From Gaiellaceae bacterium (lineage in GTDB: Bacteria; Actinomycetota; Thermoleophilia; Gaiellales; Gaiellaceae): a stretch of 24,000 bases of DNA. Numbering within the stretch: position 1 is the first letter of the stretch; the number at the start of each line of letters is the position of its first letter. A model generated the notes under the pieces. That model saw only the letters and a program-made list of their open reading frames with translations. It was not told the DNA's origin and did not search any database. A program made the position numbers and the translations under genes. This document shows positions 1 through 8,028 of this stretch, piece after piece. The stretch is taken from assembly GCA_035575835.1 (NCBI GenBank), contig DATLXM010000138.1:9702-33701 (forward strand). Reading direction: 5' to 3'.

Positions 1-1056
1 CGGGTCGGCGAGCGGTACGTGATGAACATGAACTACTGGGACGGCGGCTACGTGCTCCTCGACGTGACCAATCCGCGCGCTGGTGGCGTCACGCTGATCG
101 CCGAAAGCGATTACGCGGCGCTCGACGAGGAACGGCTCGCCCGCGGGCACGAGATCTCGCCCGAGGGGAACGCTCACCAGTCGGAGCTCTCTCCCGAAAA
201 CCGCTTCCTGATCGGAACGGACGAGGACTTCAACCCGTATCGCGTGGTCGCCGAGATCACTTCGGGGCCGTACGACGGCACGGAGTACACGGCAACCTCT
301 GCGTCCGGTACTCCCGCGATCAGCGAGGGCACGAGCATCTCCGGGACTCCCACCTACCTGGGTGAGGCCTGCTCGGGGCTCGCCCCCGGAACCGGCGTCG
401 CGCTCGTCGTCCGCGGCACCTGCTCGTTCCAGGTCAAACTCGACAACATCAAGGCGGCCGGATACAGCTCCGGCATCGTGTTCAACTCGCTCCGCTCCGA
501 CTGCCAGGCCCGGGTCTCGATGCTCGCGGTCGGGACGATCCCATACGTGTTCGTCGACCGGCTCACCGGGCTCCAGCTGCTCCAGCAGGCAGGCGTCACC
601 GCGACGAACGCCTGCACGACAGCGAACCCGGCCGGCGGGACGGCCAGCGCCTCGACGACGATCGAGGCGATCTTCGACGGCTGGGGCTACGTGCGCCTGT
701 ACAAGACGCACATCCCGGGCGAGGTCGGCGTTCCCGGCTCGATCTCGCAGCTCGACACGTACACGGTCCCCGAGGCGCAGGACCGGGCCTTCGCGACCGG
801 CTTCGGCGCGCTGAGCGTGCACGAGGTGGCCGTCGATCCGAACCCGGGCAACAAGCTCGCGTACCTGAGTTACTACTCCGCGGGCTTCCGGGTGCTCGAG
901 TACGGCAACGGCGGCCTCCAGGAGGTCGGCGCCTTCATCGACGAGGGCGGCAGCAACTTCTGGGGCGTCGAGGTGCACACGATCGGGAAGCAGCAGTACG
1001 TGCTCGCAAGCGATCGTGACCGGGGCCTCTACATCCTTCAGTACACCGGGAAGTAA
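1..1056 (+). CDS. Secreted beta-propeller-like (LVIVD-type repeat) protein with an embedded PA (protease-associated) domain. The 5' end lies outside the window.
   Basis: Frame 1 is open from base 1 (ORF track 19..1056). There is a PA-like segment GVALVVRGTCSFQVKLDNIKAAGYSSGIVFNS. LVIVD-like strands are YVLLDVTNP and RGLYILQY. GC3 is high, the stop is TAA at 1054-1056, and a strong hairpin follows. Confidence 0.6.
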   Translation, partial: RVGERYVMNMNYWDGGYVLLDVTNPRAGGVTLIAESDYAALDEERLARGHEISPEGNAHQSELSPENRFLIGTDEDFNPYRVVAEITSGPYDGTEYTATSASGTPAISEGTSISGTPTYLGEACSGLAPGTGVALVVRGTCSFQVKLDNIKAAGYSSGIVFNSLRSDCQARVSMLAVGTIPYVFVDRLTGLQLLQQAGVTATNACTTANPAGGTASASTTIEAIFDGWGYVRLYKTHIPGEVGVPGSISQLDTYTVPEAQDRAFATGFGALSVHEVAVDPNPGNKLAYLSYYSAGFRVLEYGNGGLQEVGAFIDEGGSNFWGVEVHTIGKQQYVLASDRDRGLYILQYTGK

Positions 1057-1063
1057 GAGATCC

Positions 1064-1092
1064 GGGGAGGGAGGCCCTCGGCCTCCCTCCCC
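1064..1092 (+). terminator. Intrinsic-terminator-like hairpin after the PA-domain gene
   Basis: Perfect 13-bp stem GGGGAGGGAGGCC / GGCCTCCCTCCCC around a CTC centre, starting 8 nt after the stop. There is no U-tract, which is common in high-GC actinobacteria. Confidence 0.6.
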
Positions 1093-1104
1093 ACCGGTCG
1101 TTAC

Positions 1105-1140
1105 GGCGTGCCCATGATCCGGGCGCCGATCATCCCGTAG
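1105..1140 (-). pseudogene. Short relic of a thiolase C-terminal coding segment
   Basis: Bases 1105-1140 match 1491-1526, inside the intact thiolase gene, at 32 of 36 positions by hand alignment. The minus-strand translation YGMIGARIMGTP compares with PYGMTGARIMCTL in the thiolase. No other thiolase similarity surrounds it. Confidence 0.4.
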
Positions 1141-1212
1141 AGACCTCCCGGGCGACGGCCGCGAACCCGCCGGGCCAACCGGCGCCGACCGCGGCGCGAG
1201 CGAGGCCGAGCC

Positions 1213-1229
1213 TGTGTTGGATCAACACA
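1213..1229. repeat. Inverted repeat TGTGTTG-GAT-CAACACA in a 300-bp non-coding gap
   Basis: Perfect 7-bp arms with a 3-nt spacer centred on a GATC. The site is AT-rich relative to its surroundings. A related TTGATCAA palindrome lies at 1272-1279. Confidence 0.25.
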
Positions 1230-1390
1230 AGCGCTCCTCGACCCGCGCAACCATGCGGGGTCGGACTGAGCTTGATCAATGAACAAAGTTCGTTCGATGG
1301 CCACTCAGAGATACTCGGACCAGCGCTGTCGAGGACGCCCGTTGCGATCCAGTCGCGCTGGGCGGCTCGGGCTTCGGTGGACTGCGTGCT

Positions 1391-2551
1391 TCAGCGCAGG
1401 CGCTCGACGAGCATCGCCATGCCCTGCCCGCCACCGACGCACATCGTCTCGAGCCCGATCGTCCGATCCATCGACTCCAGGTCGTTCAGGAGCGTGCACA
1501 TGATCCGGGCGCCGGTCATTCCGTAGGGGTGGCCGAGCGCGATCGCGCCGCCGTGCGGGTTCAGCTTGTCCGAGAACGGATCGACGCCGACCTCGCGGCA
1601 CACCGGGATCACCTGGGCCGCGAACGCCTCGTTCAGCTCCATCACGTCGACGTCCTCGATCGTCATCCCGGCCTGCTTCAGCACCTTGCGCACGGCCTCG
1701 ATTGGACCGACGCCCATGATCTCCGGATCGATCCCGGAGACGGACGAGGCGATGATTCGCGCCCGTGGGGTCAGGCCGAGCTCGCGGGCTCGCTCCTCGG
1801 ACATGATCACGAGCGCGGCCGCGCCGTCGTTCAGCGGGCACGAGTTGCCGGCCGTGACCTTGCCGTCGTCCCGGAAGACGGGCGCCAGCTCCTGCAGCTT
1901 CTCGTAGGTCGAGGACGCGCGCGGGCCGTCGTCGGCCTCGAGCACCGAGCCGTCGGCCTTCGGGTAGGGCGTCAGCTCGCGCGCGAAGTGACCGGACACC
2001 TGCGCCGCGACCGCACGCTCTTGCGACTGCTGCGCGAACCGGTCCATGTCGTCGCGCGAGACGTCGTACTGGTCGGCGACGTTCTCGGCGGTCATCCCCA
2101 TCGGGATGTAGACGTTCGCGACCGCGTTCTCACCCATCAGCCGCGGATGCAGCTCGTCCGCGTCCTTCGGATAGCCGTTCACCTGTGAGATCGATTCGAC
2201 CCCGGCGGCGACGTACGCGGTTCCCTCACCGGCCTTGATCGCATGGAAGGCCATGCGGGCGGTCTGGAGCGAGGAGGCGCAGAAACGATTCACCGTCGTC
2301 CCGGGAACGGTGTCGGGCAGCCCCGCGAGGAGCGCGCCGCGCCGGGCCAGGTTCATCCCCTGCTTCTGCTCGGGGAAGCCGCAGCCGACGATCACGTCCT
2401 CGATCTCGGCGGGGTCGAGCCCCTCCGCCTGGGAGACGGCCTCCCGGATCGCGAAGGCGAGCAGGTCGTCCGGCCGCTCGTCGGTCAGCGAGCCCTTGCC
2501 GGCACGCCCGATCGGGGTGCGGACGGCGGAGACGATCACTGCTTCGGGCAT
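1391..2551 (-). CDS. Acetyl-CoA acetyltransferase / 3-ketoacyl-CoA thiolase
   Basis: 386 aa. Motifs seen: N-terminal VIVSAVRTPIGRAGKGSL, active-site NRFCASSLQ, NEAFAAQ, GGAIALGHPYGMTGARI and CVGGGQGMAM. ATG is at 2551 with AAGGAG 5 nt upstream. Confidence 0.95.
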   Translation of the reverse strand: MPEAVIVSAVRTPIGRAGKGSLTDERPDDLLAFAIREAVSQAEGLDPAEIEDVIVGCGFPEQKQGMNLARRGALLAGLPDTVPGTTVNRFCASSLQTARMAFHAIKAGEGTAYVAAGVESISQVNGYPKDADELHPRLMGENAVANVYIPMGMTAENVADQYDVSRDDMDRFAQQSQERAVAAQVSGHFARELTPYPKADGSVLEADDGPRASSTYEKLQELAPVFRDDGKVTAGNSCPLNDGAAALVIMSEERARELGLTPRARIIASSVSGIDPEIMGVGPIEAVRKVLKQAGMTIEDVDVMELNEAFAAQVIPVCREVGVDPFSDKLNPHGGAIALGHPYGMTGARIMCTLLNDLESMDRTIGLETMCVGGGQGMAMLVERLR

Positions 2552-2579
2552 CGGAGCTCCTTGTTCTTGGGCCGCGGGC

Positions 2580-2626
2580 GGCCCCTTTAGGGGCCTTCGC
2601 GCGATGGACGTTCCCCGGGAGGGGAA
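2580..2626 (-). other. Two small intercistronic stem-loops between the acyl-CoA dehydrogenase and thiolase genes
   Basis: GGCCCC-TTTA-GGGGCC at 2580-2595 and TTCCCC-GGGA-GGGGAA at 2611-2626. Each is a perfect 6-bp stem with a 4-nt loop. Confidence 0.3.
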
Positions 2627-2646
2627 TGTTCATCTTGCGCACAAAA

Positions 2647-3798
2647 TCACGTAAATGCGGCTTCGCCGGTGAGGGCGCGGCCGACGATCAGGGTCTGGAT
2701 CTGGCTCGTACCCTCGTACAGGGTGGTCACGCGGGCATCGCGCAGGTACTTGGCAACAGGATATTCGTCCACGTAGCCGTAGCCGCCGAGCACCTGGACG
2801 GCTGCGTTCGCGGCCCGGACGGCGGCCTCGCTCGCGTACCACTTCGCGATCGCCGCCTCGGTCGTGTACGGCTGCCCGGCGTCGGCGAGCGAGGCGGCTT
2901 TCCACGTGAGCAGGCGCGCGGCCTCGGTCTCGACGTGCATTTCGGCCAGCAGCTGCTGGATCAGCTGGAAGCCCGCGATCGGCCGGCCGAACGCCTTCCG
3001 CTCCTTGCCGTACGAGACCGAGGCGTCCAGGCAGCCCTGCGCGATCCCGACGCAGCCGGCGGCGAGCGAGATCCTGCCGTTGTCGAGCGCGGACATCGCG
3101 ACCTTGAAGCCCTGGCCCTCGTCGCCGAGCCGGGCCGAGTCGGGGACGCGGACGCCGTCGAGGGAGAGCTCCGCCGTGTCCTGCGCGCGCAGGCCGAGCT
3201 TGCCCTTCATCGGCGTCGCCGCGAATCCCGGGGCGCCGGTGGGAACGAGGAACGCGCTGATCCCACGGGCGCCGGGCACGCCGGTGCGGGCGAAGACGAT
3301 CGCGGTCGTGGCCCAGGAGCCAAGCGTGATGAAGACCTTCGAGCCGGTGAGTATCCAGTCGTCGCCGTCGCGCACTGCGCGCGTCGCGAGTGCAGCCGCG
3401 TCGGATCCGCAACCAGGCTCGGTGAGCGCATAGCACCCGAGCGCCTCGCCGCTCGCGAGCCCCGGCAGGTGCTCGGCCTTCTGCTCCTCGCTCCCCCACT
3501 TCGCGATCGTCTTCCCGTAGAGGCCGTTCGAGACCGAGACGATTCCGCGCACCGAGGAGTCGGCCTTGCCGAGCTCCTCGCAGAGGAGGCAGTAGGAGAC
3601 GGAGTCGAGCCCGCCGCCGCCGAGCTCCTCTGGCAGCGCCGCGGCGAGAAAGCCCGCCTCGGCGAGCGTCCCGACGAGCTCGCGCGGCAGCTCCTCCGCC
3701 TCGTCCCAGGCCTGCGCGTGCGGGACGAGCTCCGCCTGGCACAGCTCGCGGGCCGAGGAGCGGATCAGCTCCTGCTCCGAGGTGAGGGCGAAATCCAC
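2647..3798 (-). CDS. Acyl-CoA dehydrogenase (short/branched-chain type)
   Basis: 383 aa. N-terminus MDFALTSEQELIRSSAREL, then ALTEPGCGSDAAAL, and C-terminal YEGTSQIQTLIVGRALTG. GTG start at 3798 with no Shine-Dalgarno sequence. Confidence 0.95.
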   Translation of the reverse strand: MDFALTSEQELIRSSARELCQAELVPHAQAWDEAEELPRELVGTLAEAGFLAAALPEELGGGGLDSVSYCLLCEELGKADSSVRGIVSVSNGLYGKTIAKWGSEEQKAEHLPGLASGEALGCYALTEPGCGSDAAALATRAVRDGDDWILTGSKVFITLGSWATTAIVFARTGVPGARGISAFLVPTGAPGFAATPMKGKLGLRAQDTAELSLDGVRVPDSARLGDEGQGFKVAMSALDNGRISLAAGCVGIAQGCLDASVSYGKERKAFGRPIAGFQLIQQLLAEMHVETEAARLLTWKAASLADAGQPYTTEAAIAKWYASEAAVRAANAAVQVLGGYGYVDEYPVAKYLRDARVTTLYEGTSQIQTLIVGRALTGEAAFT

Positions 3799-3805
3799 GA
3801 AGCGC

Positions 3806-3811
3806 AGCCTA
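3806..3811 (-). promoter_or_regulatory. -10-like hexamer TAGGCT, 7 nt upstream of the acyl-CoA dehydrogenase GTG (possible leaderless promoter)
   Basis: The minus strand reads ctgtcTAGGCTgcgcttcGTG. This matches the actinobacterial TANNNT -10 pattern. No SD is present, and the same hexamer and spacing recur at 8792 and 11847. Confidence 0.4.
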
Positions 3812-3820
3812 GACAGAAAC

Positions 3821-3843
3821 GGGGCCGGCGAATTGCCGGCCCC
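3821..3843 (-). terminator. Hairpin downstream of the solute-binding-protein gene
   Basis: GGGGCCGGC-gaatt-GCCGGCCCC, a perfect 9-bp stem with a 5-nt loop, 27 nt after the stop at 3870. Confidence 0.55.
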
Positions 3844-3869
3844 GTGTCACCTTCCGATCCCTCGGGTTG

Positions 3870-5132
3870 CTACCCGCGCGGGCGGCCGTCCGTCAGCTTG
3901 CCGATCAGCGTCCACTTGCTGTCCGTGAACCGCTGCAGCTGCTGGTGGGAGATGATGAAGTGATCCGTCGCGGACGTCTTCAGACGCGACCCAGGAAGCA
4001 GGTAGGGGTTCGTCTCGTTGAAGGACGTGAGCGCCTTCAGGAGCCCGGCCCGCGTCGGGGCCTTCCCGGCCTTGTACATCGCCCGGACGAACGTGTCCGC
4101 CTTGGCGAAGCCGTAGAAGTTGAGCCCGTTCGTCGGGTTCGCGCTCGGGTTGTACTTCGCCATCAGCCTCCGGTACTGCTGCACCGTCTTGTCGTTGGCG
4201 AAGCCCGGCGAGGCCGGATCCTTCAGATACGCCGCGCTGATCGAGCCGTTCACGGTCGCCGCGCTGGAGCGGGCGATCGCCACGGTCATGAACGTGTCCG
4301 TCGCGGAGACCGAGTTCAGGTAGATCTGATCCGGCTTCCAGCCGAGCGCACGAATGATCGCGTACGTCTGGATCGTCGGCGTCGGCGTCACGAAGATCAC
4401 GAGCGTGTCCGCCCCGGTCGCCTTCAGCCGCGCGAGCTGCGAGGCCGGGGTGGCGCCGCCAAGCACGTCGTAGGCCTGCTCACCCACGATCTGCCGGTCG
4501 GCCTTCGCCTTGCCGAGCGCCGAGCGGAGCCCGAAGAGATAGTCCTTGCCGTAGCTGTCGTTCTGGTACAGGACGGCGATCTTCGCGTTCGGCCTCTTCG
4601 CGAGGTCCAGCCCGTAGAGCCGGCCCTCGGCGATGTAGTCCGGCTGCCAGCCGATCGTGTACGGGAACTTCTTGTAGTTCGAACCGAACCCGCTGGCGCC
4701 CGTCGAGACGAGCACGTGCGGAACCTTGACCTGGTTCAGGTAGGGCTGGATCGCCTCGTTGACCTCGGTTCCGAGCGAGCCGACGACCGCGAAGACCTTG
4801 TCCTCCTGGACGAGCTTCCGGGTCAGCTGAACCGAGTTGACCGGGTTGTAGCCGTCGTCGAAGTAGTTGAAGACGATCTGGCGGCCATAGACGCCGCGCT
4901 TCCCGTCAGGCCCCTTGCGGGCGTTGATGTAGGAGAAGTACGCCTTCATCGCCTGCGGGATCGGCGCGTAGCTCGACGCCGGTCCCGTCAGGGGGAAGGT
5001 GCCGCCGATCTTGATCGTCCGGGCGGTGATGCCCGGATCCGCTGTCGTGCCGTCCGCCTTGGCGAACGCGGCCGGGATCGCCAGGGCGAGTGCCCCGACG
5101 AGAGCCAGCAAAGCCAGTGAGACCCTACGCAT
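3870..5132 (-). CDS. ABC-transporter substrate-binding protein, LivJ/LivK-like (branched-chain amino acid, type 1 PBP), with a Sec signal peptide
   Basis: Signal peptide MRRVSLALLALVGALALAIPAAFA followed by KADG. Mature region IKIGGTFPLTGPASSYA...YFSYINARKG..GR.I..YFDDGYNP is typical of Leu/Ile/Val-binding proteins. I prefer ATG 5132 (GGAG 5 nt upstream) over the ORF-track GTG at 5138, which abuts the SD. Confidence 0.9.
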   Translation of the reverse strand: MRRVSLALLALVGALALAIPAAFAKADGTTADPGITARTIKIGGTFPLTGPASSYAPIPQAMKAYFSYINARKGPDGKRGVYGRQIVFNYFDDGYNPVNSVQLTRKLVQEDKVFAVVGSLGTEVNEAIQPYLNQVKVPHVLVSTGASGFGSNYKKFPYTIGWQPDYIAEGRLYGLDLAKRPNAKIAVLYQNDSYGKDYLFGLRSALGKAKADRQIVGEQAYDVLGGATPASQLARLKATGADTLVIFVTPTPTIQTYAIIRALGWKPDQIYLNSVSATDTFMTVAIARSSAATVNGSISAAYLKDPASPGFANDKTVQQYRRLMAKYNPSANPTNGLNFYGFAKADTFVRAMYKAGKAPTRAGLLKALTSFNETNPYLLPGSRLKTSATDHFIISHQQLQRFTDSKWTLIGKLTDGRPRG

Positions 5133-5254
5133 GAACACTCCTCTTGTGAGTCGTTCCAGTGATGGTAAAAGCCCGCATCCGAGCGAGATTACTCCGTGCT
5201 CCGCCGGAGAACAATGAAGCTTTCAACAGGTAGGACCGTCCGGAGACGGCGAAG

Positions 5255-6145
5255 TTAGGGTGAACGCCTGAACTCGATGTGGTGATCGACGGGCTCGAAG
5301 CCGGCGTTTCCGTAGAGCCGTCCCGCGTGGTAGCCCGCGAGCGAGTAGACGACGGCCGTGTCGGCGCCGAGCGCCCGCAGCCTCCGGCAGGCTTCGAGGC
5401 AGACCGCCTTGCCGAGACCGAGTCGCTGGTGGGCGGGGTGCGTGCCGACCGGCTCGAGCTCGCCGATGCCGTTCTCCTCGTCCAGCCAGACGAGCGCGTA
5501 CGCGGCGAAGCTCCCGTCCGGCGCCTCGACGACCAGGTCGAGGTCGGCGCGGTAGGGCGGCAGGGTTCGCAAGAGGCGGTAGGCGGGAGCGGTCACCTTC
5601 GAGGGGTGGAACGCAGCGCGGTGCACCTCCACGCGCCGCTCGAGATCGTCGTCACGGACGTCTCTGAGGGTGTAGCCGTGCGGGAGCACGGGCTCCTCGA
5701 CGGCGTCCGCGAGCGAACGGACTCGGTGCTCGAACCTCGTCCCGCTCTGCAGCAGCTCGTAGCCCCGCCGCTCGAGGGCGCCTCGGAGGCTTGCCTCGCT
5801 CTCGAGGAGCTGGACGTCGAGGCCGCCGTCGAGCGCGTCTCCAGCCGAGCTCTCGAACCAGTCGAGCAGGGCGCCGTAGACCTCGTCGTCTCGGTGCTGT
5901 GGATGGATCGCGCACTGGAGCGTCTGGGGCAGCCAGAGGATCCCGAAGGCGACAGGCAGGCCTTCCCGCTCGAAGATCCGCGTCACCTTCGGAGTCGCGA
6001 GCTCGGGCTCGTGCTGGTAGAGGCCCCAGGTGACGTCGCCGACGTGCGGGATCGAGAGCGGCTTCGCCGCCTTCATTGACGCACGGGCGACCTCGTGGAG
6101 CGCGGGCAGGTCGTCGGGGCCGGTGAACGGGCGCTCGGTGAGCAT
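5255..6145 (-). CDS. Two-domain GNAT-family N-acetyltransferase
   Basis: 296 aa. This is the last third of the 781-aa ORF 5255..7600. ATG at 6145 lies 2 nt after the upstream stop. The C-terminal domain has the acetyl-CoA motif HQRLGLGKA. The N-terminal half has GNAT-like length and layout but lacks that motif. Confidence 0.85.
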   Translation of the reverse strand: MLTERPFTGPDDLPALHEVARASMKAAKPLSIPHVGDVTWGLYQHEPELATPKVTRIFEREGLPVAFGILWLPQTLQCAIHPQHRDDEVYGALLDWFESSAGDALDGGLDVQLLESEASLRGALERRGYELLQSGTRFEHRVRSLADAVEEPVLPHGYTLRDVRDDDLERRVEVHRAAFHPSKVTAPAYRLLRTLPPYRADLDLVVEAPDGSFAAYALVWLDEENGIGELEPVGTHPAHQRLGLGKAVCLEACRRLRALGADTAVVYSLAGYHAGRLYGNAGFEPVDHHIEFRRSP

Positions 6146-6147
6146 CG

Positions 6148-8028
6148 CTAGAAGCGGAGCGCGTCCGGACTGGTGGCGGGTGCGAGACACGTGAAGCGCT
6201 GGCAGACGTACACGGCCGGCTTCCCGCCGACGAGCCCCTTGCCCTCGAGCAGCGGGACGCCCGAAGCCGGCCCGACCGCCACGACGGTGTTCGGCTGCCA
6301 CGGCTCCAGCGCGGCTCGTGCAACCGCTGAATCGACAGGGCCGACGATCGCGAGCTCGCGTGGCGGGCTCAGCCAGAGGTCGAGTGCACAGAGCCCCCAG
6401 CCGAACGCGGTCGGGGCGCGTTCGAGCGCTGGCCGGAGAAGGCGAAGGACCCCGACCGCCTGCCGCTCGAGCTCGTCGTCGCCGTAGATCCGGGCGAGCC
6501 TGAGGAGGACGTGGGCGAGCATCGAGTTGCCGGAGGGAAGCGGGTGATCGTCGAGCGGCTTCGTCCGGGCGACGAGCTCGTCGCCCGGGGCGAGGAAGAA
6601 GCCGCCGTGCTCCTCGTCGCCGAAACGCTCGACCGCGAGCCGGGCGAGTCGGTTCGCCTCCTCGAGCCAGCGGAGTCCGCCGGTCGCCACGTGGAGCTCG
6701 AGCAGCCCGTGAGCGACGTTCGCGTAGTCGTCGAGGAAGCCGGCGCCGCTCGTGCGGGCCTCGCGGTAGCTCCGCTCGAGACCGCCGTCGGCGCTCGAGA
6801 GCGAGCCGAGCAGAAACTCCCCGAGCCGAACCGCGGCCTCGATCCAGTCCGGTCGCTCGAGCCTGCGCCCACCCTCGGCGAGCGCCGCGAGCGCGAGGCC
6901 GTTCCACGAGGCGATCGCCTTGTCGTCCCGGAGCGGCTTCGGGCGCAGCTCGCGCTGCTCGAAGAGCCGCTCCTTCAGCTCCGGGTCGAGCTCGCCGCGG
7001 AGGATGAAGCGTCCGTGCTCGAACGGCTCGAGCAACTCGGCGGGCGCGCCCTCCTCGGGCGTCCAGGAGAAGGTCAGCCCCTCGACGCCGTCGGTGTCCG
7101 CGTCCTGCGCTGAGGCGAAGCCGCCCTCGGGGAGCAGCAACTCGCGCAGGAGATAGTCGATCGTCTCCTCGCAGATCCTCCGGTAGCGCGCCTCGCCGGT
7201 GACGAGCCACCCGTGCAGGTACGCGGGGGCGAGCAGGGCGTTGTCGTAGAGCATCTTCTCGAAGTGCGGCACGAGCCAGCGCTCGTCCACCGAGTAGCGA
7301 TGGAAGCCGCCGCCGAGCAGGTCGTACATCCCGCCGCGCGCCATCTGGTCCAGCGTCTTCACGACCATCTCGGTCTCGCCGCGGCGAAGCAGGAACTCGA
7401 GCACGGGCGCGTTCGGGAACTTCGGCGCCCGTCCCCAGCCCCCGAAAGCCGGCTCGAACTGCTGCCCGATCCCGCGCACGGCTTTGCCCAGGAGGTACTC
7501 GGAGAGAGGCTCTTTCGAGGCCCGGAGCGACGCCGAGTGACGCACGGCCTCGACGAGCTGCGCCGCCGAGCGGGCGACGTCGTCGCGCCGCTCCTGCCAC
7601 GCGTCACCGATCGAGGTCACGACCTGGCGAAAGCTCGGGAGCCCGTGCCGCTCCTCGGGTGGGAAGTAGGTGCCCCCGTAGAATGGCTCACCGTCCGGGG
7701 TCAGAAAGACGGTCATCGGCCAGCCGCCCTGCCCGCTCAGCGCGACGACGGCCTCCATGTAGACGGCGTCGAGGTCGGGACGCTCCTCGCGGTCGACCTT
7801 GATGTTGACGAACCGCTCGTTCATCAGGGCGGCGGTGCCCTCGTCCTCGAACGACTCGCGCTCCATCACGTGGCACCAGTGACAGGCCGCGTAGCCGATC
7901 GAGAGCAGGATCGGCCGGTCTTCACCGCGCGCGCAAGCGAGCGCTTCCTCGCCCCACGGGTACCAGTCGACCGGGTTGCCGGCGTGCTGAAGGAGGTAGG
8001 GGCTCGTCTCGTGCTGGAGGCGGTTCAC
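6148..8028 (-). CDS. Thioredoxin-domain protein of the DUF255/YyaL (SPATA20-like) family, with a C-terminal (alpha/alpha)6 barrel
   Basis: 626 aa. N-terminus [29 protein letters not shown]...[24 protein letters not shown] is the family hallmark and includes CHWC. GTG start at 8028 overlaps the upstream stop (GTGA). Confidence 0.9.
   Translation of the reverse strand: MNRLQHETSPYLLQHAGNPVDWYPWGEEALACARGEDRPILLSIGYAACHWCHVMERESFEDEGTAALMNERFVNIKVDREERPDLDAVYMEAVVALSGQGGWPMTVFLTPDGEPFYGGTYFPPEERHGLPSFRQVVTSIGDAWQERRDDVARSAAQLVEAVRHSASLRASKEPLSEYLLGKAVRGIGQQFEPAFGGWGRAPKFPNAPVLEFLLRRGETEMVVKTLDQMARGGMYDLLGGGFHRYSVDERWLVPHFEKMLYDNALLAPAYLHGWLVTGEARYRRICEETIDYLLRELLLPEGGFASAQDADTDGVEGLTFSWTPEEGAPAELLEPFEHGRFILRGELDPELKERLFEQRELRPKPLRDDKAIASWNGLALAALAEGGRRLERPDWIEAAVRLGEFLLGSLSSADGGLERSYREARTSGAGFLDDYANVAHGLLELHVATGGLRWLEEANRLARLAVERFGDEEHGGFFLAPGDELVARTKPLDDHPLPSGNSMLAHVLLRLARIYGDDELERQAVGVLRLLRPALERAPTAFGWGLCALDLWLSPPRELAIVGPVDSAVARAALEPWQPNTVVAVGPASGVPLLEGKGLVGGKPAVYVCQRFTCLAPATSPDALRF

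Noticed and set aside
2626-5120. Long plus-strand ORFs 2626..3963 (445 aa) and 3867..5120 (417 aa), antisense to the acyl-CoA dehydrogenase and binding-protein genes
   Set aside because: Their translations are Arg/Gly/Asp/Leu-rich and low in complexity (RDRRLGRVRLPGVGERGG...), with no motifs. They are the stop-codon-poor shadow frames expected opposite real genes at about 70% G+C. The minus-strand products have unmistakable family signatures.
5133-5138. GTG at 5138 (the ORF-track start) for the binding protein
   Set aside because: The GGAG ribosome-binding site directly abuts this GTG. ATG 5132 has 5-nt spacing and gives a canonical MRR signal-peptide n-region.
6146-7600. Upstream 485 codons of the 781-aa ORF 5255..7600, which would make a giant GNAT fusion
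   Set aside because: This part is Arg/Ala/Pro-rich nonsense and overlaps the YyaL gene in another frame. The GNAT begins at ATG 6145, immediately after the YyaL stop.
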